The notes under the pieces are model-generated. The model saw only the letters and a list, made by a program, of their open reading frames with translations, was not told the DNA's origin and did no database searches. A DNA stretch of 64,000 bases, taken from assembly GCA_963677595.1 (NCBI GenBank), contig OY782041.1, forward strand, positions 1,024,001-1,088,000, read 5' to 3'. This DNA comes from Spirochaetia bacterium (GTDB lineage Bacteria > Spirochaetota > Spirochaetia > CAKZLE01). Below are positions 58,331 through 64,000 of this stretch, one piece after another. Position numbers and translations under genes: made by a program. The stretch's first letter is position 1; each line of letters starts with the position of its first letter.

Positions 58331-59602
58331 TCAATCCTTCAGGCACCCGAGGGGGACGATAAGCACCCCGTCATCCCGGCGATACGCAAACTCACCGCCG
58401 GTGAGGACCATCAGGAAGGAGGGTTCCCGCATCTTTGAGGTATTCACCTTTGCCTTCAGTGCGAGGAGATGTTCAGCTGCTTCCTCGATCTCCCGGGATC
58501 CGAGCTTCACCTCGACTGCAGCCCAGCGTCCGTCATTGAGACACACTACCGCATCTGACTCGAGCCCCGAAGCATCCCGGTAGTGGAACAGTTCCCCATC
58601 CGCAGCTTCGGCATAGATCCGCAGGTCTCTCATGCAGAGCGACTCGAACAGGAACCCGAAATAGGTGAAATCATCCAGGAGACGTGAATAGGTGAGTCTC
58701 ATAACAGAGACTGCAATGGAGGGATCAACAAAATGGCGTTTCGCTGTAGTTCTTACCGCCGTCTTGGAACGCAAGGCAGGATTCCAGGCAGGGAGATCCT
58801 CCGTAACGAAGATACGATTGAGAGCTGTCAGGTATTGGCTGATACTCTTATCAGAGAGTGTCGTATCCACGTCTCCTAATGCAATATCATTTCGGATAGT
58901 CCTGATCGTTGCTGGTGTCGCAATATTCCTGGCAAGGGACCTCATCAGTGCCCTGACCCGCTGGGGATTCTTCTCAACTCCGTCAACACGAGAGATATCT
59001 GAGTTGATGATCGATTCAACATAGTCTATACCATGACGAAGGGCTGCATGCTCCTCCTCCCCTACTGATGCTGGCCATCCACCTCTGGCTATGGCTCTTG
59101 CGATCCCTTCGATAGAGAGCCCTGAAACAGCCTGCACATCGGTATTGCCGTCAAAGAGCTCTTGCAGGGAGATAGTACCGTCCGACTCCAATGATTCATA
59201 TAGACTCATTGGGCGCATCCTCAGCCGAGATATCCTCCCCGTGCCAGTATGTCTGAGCTCCTCTGCAGGAGGCACTGTCGAGCCGGTCAGGATGAACTGG
59301 CCGGCTAAACCTCTTTTATCAACCATGAAGCGGACTGCATCCCAGAGGACCGGGGCAGTCTGCCACTCATCCAGCAGCCTGGGGGTCTCCCCTCGGAGAA
59401 GCAGGGACGGCATGGTATCAGCAGCCTTCAGATACGACTGGATCCTGTCTGGATCCTGCATGAACAAGGTACTGGAAGCAACCTGCGATGCCGTCTCTGT
59501 CTTACCGCACCATTTGGCTCCCTCAATGAGAACCGCACCGCTGGCAGCAAGCCTCTCCACTAGAAGTCTGTCAGCTATCCGACTGAGATATCTTCGTTCC
59601 AT
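58331..59602 (-). CDS. AAA_14/DUF4143 ATPase
   Basis: GAKWCGKT, LDEWQ, ILTGS, RGGWP, FVDPS, FESL, ESDAV...VEVK. Confidence 0.92.
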   Translation of the reverse strand: MERRYLSRIADRLLVERLAASGAVLIEGAKWCGKTETASQVASSTLFMQDPDRIQSYLKAADTMPSLLLRGETPRLLDEWQTAPVLWDAVRFMVDKRGLAGQFILTGSTVPPAEELRHTGTGRISRLRMRPMSLYESLESDGTISLQELFDGNTDVQAVSGLSIEGIARAIARGGWPASVGEEEHAALRHGIDYVESIINSDISRVDGVEKNPQRVRALMRSLARNIATPATIRTIRNDIALGDVDTTLSDKSISQYLTALNRIFVTEDLPAWNPALRSKTAVRTTAKRHFVDPSIAVSVMRLTYSRLLDDFTYFGFLFESLCMRDLRIYAEAADGELFHYRDASGLESDAVVCLNDGRWAAVEVKLGSREIEEAAEHLLALKAKVNTSKMREPSFLMVLTGGEFAYRRDDGVLIVPLGCLKD

Positions 59603-59631
59603 CCATGCCTCCACACCTTGATCCTACCACC

Positions 59632-59711
59632 AACTTCCGAAGATATCAACGTTTTACTTCCGACTTTATCACCATTTTACTTCCGACAATACTACGATTC
59701 TACTTCCGACT
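59632..59711. repeat. Four direct repeats ACTTCCGA at 23-bp period
   Basis: Cores at 59633, 59656, 59679 and 59702. Confidence 0.9.
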
Positions 59712-59720
59712 TTGTGATTA

Positions 59721-60983
59721 TTATGGCTTCAGACACCCCAGGGGGACTACGAAGACACCATCTTTTCTTCGGAAGGCATACTCTGTTCCTGTGATGATCA
59801 TCAGAAACGACGGCTGATTCATCTGTGCAGTATCGACTCTCTCCTTGAGCGCTAACAGGTTCTTTGCAGCTGCATCGACCTGTCTGGCTCCAAGCTTGAC
59901 TTCAACAGCAGCCCAGCGGCCGTCATTGAGGTGTATGATAGCATCTGCTTCAAGCCCTTCTTTGTCCCGGTAATGCGACAAGGTACCTCTCAGCGCCTGG
60001 CTGTAGACCCGTAAGTCCCTGATGACCAGTGATTCAAACAGCAGCCCGAATGTATGAGGGTCAAAGAGCAGATCTCGTGGAGTCGCCTGAAGAAAATATG
60101 CAGCCAGGGCTGGATCAACGAAATGGCGGGTGTCTGATACGCGAATTGCAGTCTTAGACCGAAGCTTCGGGCTCCAGGCGGGAAGATCCGCCAGCACGAA
60201 TAGCCGTCGAAGAGCAGTAAGGTAAGAATCCAATGTATTCATATGCAGGTGCTCATCAGTTGAGGAAAGATCTTTCATGATAGTTGTCTTTGATGCCTGG
60301 GAAGCTGTATGCCGTGCATAAGACCGTAGAATAGCAGTAACTTTTCGCTCATCACGCGTCACCCCGTCAACCGTTGAGATATCAGACTTGACGATCGCAT
60401 CACAATATCCAGCAATCTGTCTTTGATTGACTGCTTCACTGTTACCGATCATACCTGGCCAGCCCCCTCGAACGATAAGATGTGCATAATCTTCGATCTT
60501 CATCCTTGATCGGACAGCGATTGCCTGCGGATTCTCAAAGAGACTTGAGAGACTTACTGCACCATTGGAATCACCAGATTCAAACAGACTCATAGTGTAC
60601 ATGTTCAACCGAGAAATACGTCCAGCACCCGAATGTTTTATTTTGGTCTCATCAACGGATGTCGAACCTGTCAGAATATACAGGCCTGTTTCTCCCCTCA
60701 CATCAACCTCGTGTCTTACCGCATCCCAAAGCTGCGGGGCCATCTGCCACTCATCAATCAAACGAGGATTCTCACCCTCCAATAAAAGCGATGGTGTCAG
60801 ATCAGCCATCTGAATATATGCTTCCTGATTATCGGGGGAATGCATGCTTAGGGTACTTTGAGCAATCCGTTCAGCGGTAGTCGTCTTCCCGCACCATTTT
60901 GGTCCGACCAGCAAGACACCCCCGAAGGCCTCCAATTCCTCCTGTAGCAGCATATCCATGATCCGAGACATATAGGTTTTCAC
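59721..60983 (-). CDS. AAA_14/DUF4143 ATPase (tandem paralog)
   Basis: GPKWCGKT, IDEWQ, RGGWP, FESL, EADAI...VEVK; GTG start after GAGGTG. Confidence 0.92.
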   Translation of the reverse strand: MKTYMSRIMDMLLQEELEAFGGVLLVGPKWCGKTTTAERIAQSTLSMHSPDNQEAYIQMADLTPSLLLEGENPRLIDEWQMAPQLWDAVRHEVDVRGETGLYILTGSTSVDETKIKHSGAGRISRLNMYTMSLFESGDSNGAVSLSSLFENPQAIAVRSRMKIEDYAHLIVRGGWPGMIGNSEAVNQRQIAGYCDAIVKSDISTVDGVTRDERKVTAILRSYARHTASQASKTTIMKDLSSTDEHLHMNTLDSYLTALRRLFVLADLPAWSPKLRSKTAIRVSDTRHFVDPALAAYFLQATPRDLLFDPHTFGLLFESLVIRDLRVYSQALRGTLSHYRDKEGLEADAIIHLNDGRWAAVEVKLGARQVDAAAKNLLALKERVDTAQMNQPSFLMIITGTEYAFRRKDGVFVVPLGCLKP

Positions 60984-60996
60984 AATTTCCACCTCT

Positions 60997-62289
60997 CTAT
61001 ATGAGATTATCATGAAATGTGGGAATTGTCGAATATCCATTGTGTGATTTGGCGCTATTCCATTGTGGGAATTGGCGGTAATCTATTATGGTGCCAAGCC
61101 TGGCGGCCCAGAAGGGGATCAGGGAGAACCCGTTCAGGAACGTCAGGTTCCCGTACCGGTCTATCCAGGGATTCGAGAAGATCTTCACCGTCCAGTACCT
61201 GTTCCGGAACTGCGGTAGGAAATGCCGGTGTTCGTTCGTACTCCGCATCTCAGCCGTCAGATCCGTTCCCAGTGCCTCTACGATATGAACAGCAGCCTTC
61301 CTGCTCTCACATTGCCTTAGCAGGTCGCGGAAGTCGAGCCGGTACCAGCCATCCTCCAGGAGGCTGCCGCTCCTGGTCACGACACGTACATCCATGACCA
61401 TCAGGCCGGGCTCCGGAATCCTCCAGTCCCTGATCCTGTGGATGGTCTCCGTCCGTCCCACCTCCGGGAGCTGGGGCTCCTCCCCCCACAGGATCCTCGC
61501 TCCCTTTCCTGTATGCATGGCGGTCATGATGAGGGTGTTCCCATATTCCATCGTGATGCGGTATCCCTCCCCGGCCTCCCGGTTCAGCAGGGCAGGCTCA
61601 CAGCACTGCCCTATGAGTCCGACCAGGCAGGAACTGAGGTTCCCGATCCTCCGGTGCTGGGCGATGAACCTGTCCACCAGGAGGGAGTAGTCAGGATCAC
61701 ATCTGTAGAATGAGACCTCACAGTCATAGGTATAGTCACTGTCTGCATAGTACCATCTGATATCCTCCGGCAGTTCGAACCAGGGGTCCCGGGCCCCGCT
61801 GTTGAAGGCAGCTCCTGCCTGCCGGTACAGCTCCAGCCGGCTTATATCTTCCTGCTTGTACAGACTCAACAGGCTGAGATGCTTCTGTCTGATGAATACC
61901 GGGACCCCCTGGTACACCAGAGCCCGCCAGCACCCGTCAGGGGTGAACATGACTTGCTGCTCCGCTGCCCAGGTGACCAGCACCGGGAGCCCATGGAGTC
62001 TCTCCTGCCCCAGGCACCACAGGGCGAACTCCTCTGACGTACCGCTCCTGGGCGGGAACCACCTTGACCCGGGACAGATGCGGATCACACGATACCCGGG
62101 AGTATCATGTGGATCCCATGGTTCGTCAGTCCTGAAGATGATCGTCTTCCCGTACTTGCTCCGATCGAGCACCTCCAGCATCAGGGTCGCGTCATCGAGC
62201 TGGTCATAGGATCCGACCCGCCAGAACCAGTTATTCTCGAACCATTCAATATACTCCTGGTTGCTCTTGCTCAGAACAGGTAGTAGCAT
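60997..62289 (-). CDS. Hypothetical protein, possible DUF2442-like C-terminal segment
   Basis: 430-aa ORF with GGAGG RBS; F.NP.ID.YG.L.F.NG...P near the end. Confidence 0.65.
   Translation of the reverse strand: MLLPVLSKSNQEYIEWFENNWFWRVGSYDQLDDATLMLEVLDRSKYGKTIIFRTDEPWDPHDTPGYRVIRICPGSRWFPPRSGTSEEFALWCLGQERLHGLPVLVTWAAEQQVMFTPDGCWRALVYQGVPVFIRQKHLSLLSLYKQEDISRLELYRQAGAAFNSGARDPWFELPEDIRWYYADSDYTYDCEVSFYRCDPDYSLLVDRFIAQHRRIGNLSSCLVGLIGQCCEPALLNREAGEGYRITMEYGNTLIMTAMHTGKGARILWGEEPQLPEVGRTETIHRIRDWRIPEPGLMVMDVRVVTRSGSLLEDGWYRLDFRDLLRQCESRKAAVHIVEALGTDLTAEMRSTNEHRHFLPQFRNRYWTVKIFSNPWIDRYGNLTFLNGFSLIPFWAARLGTIIDYRQFPQWNSAKSHNGYSTIPTFHDNLI
61018..61077. repeat. Three direct repeats TGTG(G/T)GA(A/T)TTG(G/T)CG at 23-bp period
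   Basis: Copies at 61018, 61041 and 61064. Confidence 0.88.
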
Positions 62290-63380
62290 AGTACACCTCC
62301 ATGCTTCTCGACCACCGGCTCCAGCCAGTCGAAGATATACTTCAGGGTCGGCATCATGGTCTCCCAGGCTGTTCCCGGTCGCTGGTAGAGCTCGGACCAG
62401 CCATACTTGTTGAAACAGTGCAGCCAGGTATCATCCAGCACATGCCGCTGGTAGTCCGGGGCACACAGCGTCTCGAAGAAACTCTCCCAGCTGTCATGGT
62501 CCCTCATCACATGCCAGAACTCGATCAGCTTCTTCCAATCCCTCCTGCACTCCTCCAGGATCGGGGTCTCGAACTTCCATTCCGGGGATATGCTCATGCA
62601 GAGCGATTCTGCCATGTCCAGGGCCCCGATGGTACAGGGAAGGAACATCATACAGTCCCTGGTCTCGTGAGGCGAGCATTCCAGTTCCTTATAGTCCAGG
62701 CCTGGTACCGCGACGAAGTCTGCCATGTGGAACGGTATAGCCATCCGGGGTTCACGCATGATCCCCGGATGCCAGCTGTACTGCCAGGCAGGGTCCATCA
62801 CCGTCAGGTTCATCCACTTCAGGTCCAAACAGCCACGGTACCCATCATCGAAGAACTGCAGGCCGAGGAAGCGACAGCGTTCGTCCTCATACGTCTCCAG
62901 CTGCAGGCGCTCCGGCAGGTACTCGATCGGGGCGACATACTGGATGAGGTTCTCCTCAAGGAAGTGGATCTCGGTGATACGGCTGTCGATGAGCTCGCTG
63001 TAGTGATACCGATCCCACGTACCATCACGAAGGGTGCTCCTGATACCCTGCAGGCACGCCTTCACCAGTGGCAGTCCGCAGTGGTCGACGTCGGGGACCC
63101 ACAAGGCAGCACAGCCTCCTTCCGGGCCACCAGCTCCCCAGTCAACTGCGAAATCGAAGAGCAGCATACCCCTGCTGAACAGCAGGTATTCCAACGACGT
63201 CTTACTGGAATCCGCCGCTTCACACCGGCCGCATAACGACATACGGACCGGGATCCTTCCATGGGCCTTGAGGACCCGCCCGATCAGGCGGACCTCCTCC
63301 AACAGGTATCTCGCGGCTTCTAGCGGGGTCTTGAGATCGTGCCACCCCAGTCCTCCGGGCACAGGTATAGTGTTGTTCAT
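62271..63380 (-). CDS. Hypothetical protein (Trp/Cys-rich)
   Basis: 369-aa ORF with GAGGG RBS; overlaps the next gene. Confidence 0.65.
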   Translation of the reverse strand: MNNTIPVPGGLGWHDLKTPLEAARYLLEEVRLIGRVLKAHGRIPVRMSLCGRCEAADSSKTSLEYLLFSRGMLLFDFAVDWGAGGPEGGCAALWVPDVDHCGLPLVKACLQGIRSTLRDGTWDRYHYSELIDSRITEIHFLEENLIQYVAPIEYLPERLQLETYEDERCRFLGLQFFDDGYRGCLDLKWMNLTVMDPAWQYSWHPGIMREPRMAIPFHMADFVAVPGLDYKELECSPHETRDCMMFLPCTIGALDMAESLCMSISPEWKFETPILEECRRDWKKLIEFWHVMRDHDSWESFFETLCAPDYQRHVLDDTWLHCFNKYGWSELYQRPGTAWETMMPTLKYIFDWLEPVVEKHGGVLCYYLF

Positions 63381-63557
63381 AGTTTTCCCTCCTGGATCAA
63401 TTAAAGGAGGAGGGTCAGGTGGTTGTATCTTGTGTTTCGAAGATACTCATGCAGTCAGGGTAGCATGGATCCCGACTGCTGTACAGCCTGTTTCTTTTCT
63501 CACTATCAGCCATTGCCCCCCTTCCCCATCCAGCCCCCTGAAGGTAGAATGGGAAGC

Positions 63558-64000
63558 ATGGACAGAGAACAGCAGCTTATGATATGTGACACCCTGCTCG
63601 AAGAGGTGGAGAGGGATTCCCGGATCCTCGACTGTTTCCGGATTGACCAGACCAGCTCGAAGTGGATCAAGTCCTACCACGACCATGCGTACCTCGAGCT
63701 GCTCTATTTCATCAGGGGCAAAGCCGATATAGAGGGGGACCACAGTCGGTCGTTCCTCGGGACCAACGACCTGATCATCTACCCTCCCCGTTTCGGCCAC
63801 AAGGAGCACATAGACTTTTCCAAGCACCAGGAGGCCTTCTGCCTCGGGGTGGCCCTCCGGGAGGAGTTCTCTTTATCGGAGGCCTTGACCATCAACGACC
63901 CTGACCATGAGCTGGAATGGATCTTCACCCAGCTGCACCGGCAGTTCCTCGAAGGCAGGATGGAGATCGCAGAACACCTGAAGCTCCTGCTCTTCCAGTA
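63558..64000 (+). CDS. Probable AraC-family regulator, cupin N-terminus (3' truncated)
   Basis: Open to the window end; YHDHAYLELLYFIRG...IIYPP...HKE. Confidence 0.7.
   Translation, partial: MDREQQLMICDTLLEEVERDSRILDCFRIDQTSSKWIKSYHDHAYLELLYFIRGKADIEGDHSRSFLGTNDLIIYPPRFGHKEHIDFSKHQEAFCLGVALREEFSLSEALTINDPDHELEWIFTQLHRQFLEGRMEIAEHLKLLLFQ

Noticed and set aside
59632-59711. Plasmid iterons or replication origin
   Set aside because: No Rep gene or clear unwinding region; the context is chromosomal and the array overlaps a gene promoter.

Overview
Bacterial chromosomal window, mostly GC-rich with several AT-richer inserts. Spirochaetota is suggested by SBP N-termini such as VFAQG and ANGSQE (inference). 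Contents in order: AraC, sensor kinase and GntR-LacI regulators with an aldo-keto reductase; a Fic gene; an L-fucose locus (fucI, fucU, LacI, YesMN-type TCS, sugar ABC transporter); secreted proteins and lipoproteins; a sigma54-driven four-carbon acid-sugar operon with a frameshifted DUF1537 kinase; two amino-acid exporter modules; amtB-glnK; a CsoR-CopA copper locus; and scattered solo defence-like genes (three AAA_14/DUF4143 ATPases plus a fragment, two Fic, one Schlafen/AlbA_2, one Rpn). Main unexplained signals: (i) each AAA/DUF4143 and Fic gene has its own phased repeat array over its promoter, and one Fic gene is bracketed by two copies of the same palindrome; (ii) a 114-nt four-hairpin in-frame insert with a single UGA splits the Rpn gene; (iii) a 52-nt tandem pseudoknot-like element lies next to an orphan antitoxin-like peptide; (iv) many genes appear leaderless. 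No rRNA, tRNA, CRISPR array or classical IS transposase was seen. Calls come from motif recognition only; no database searches were run.
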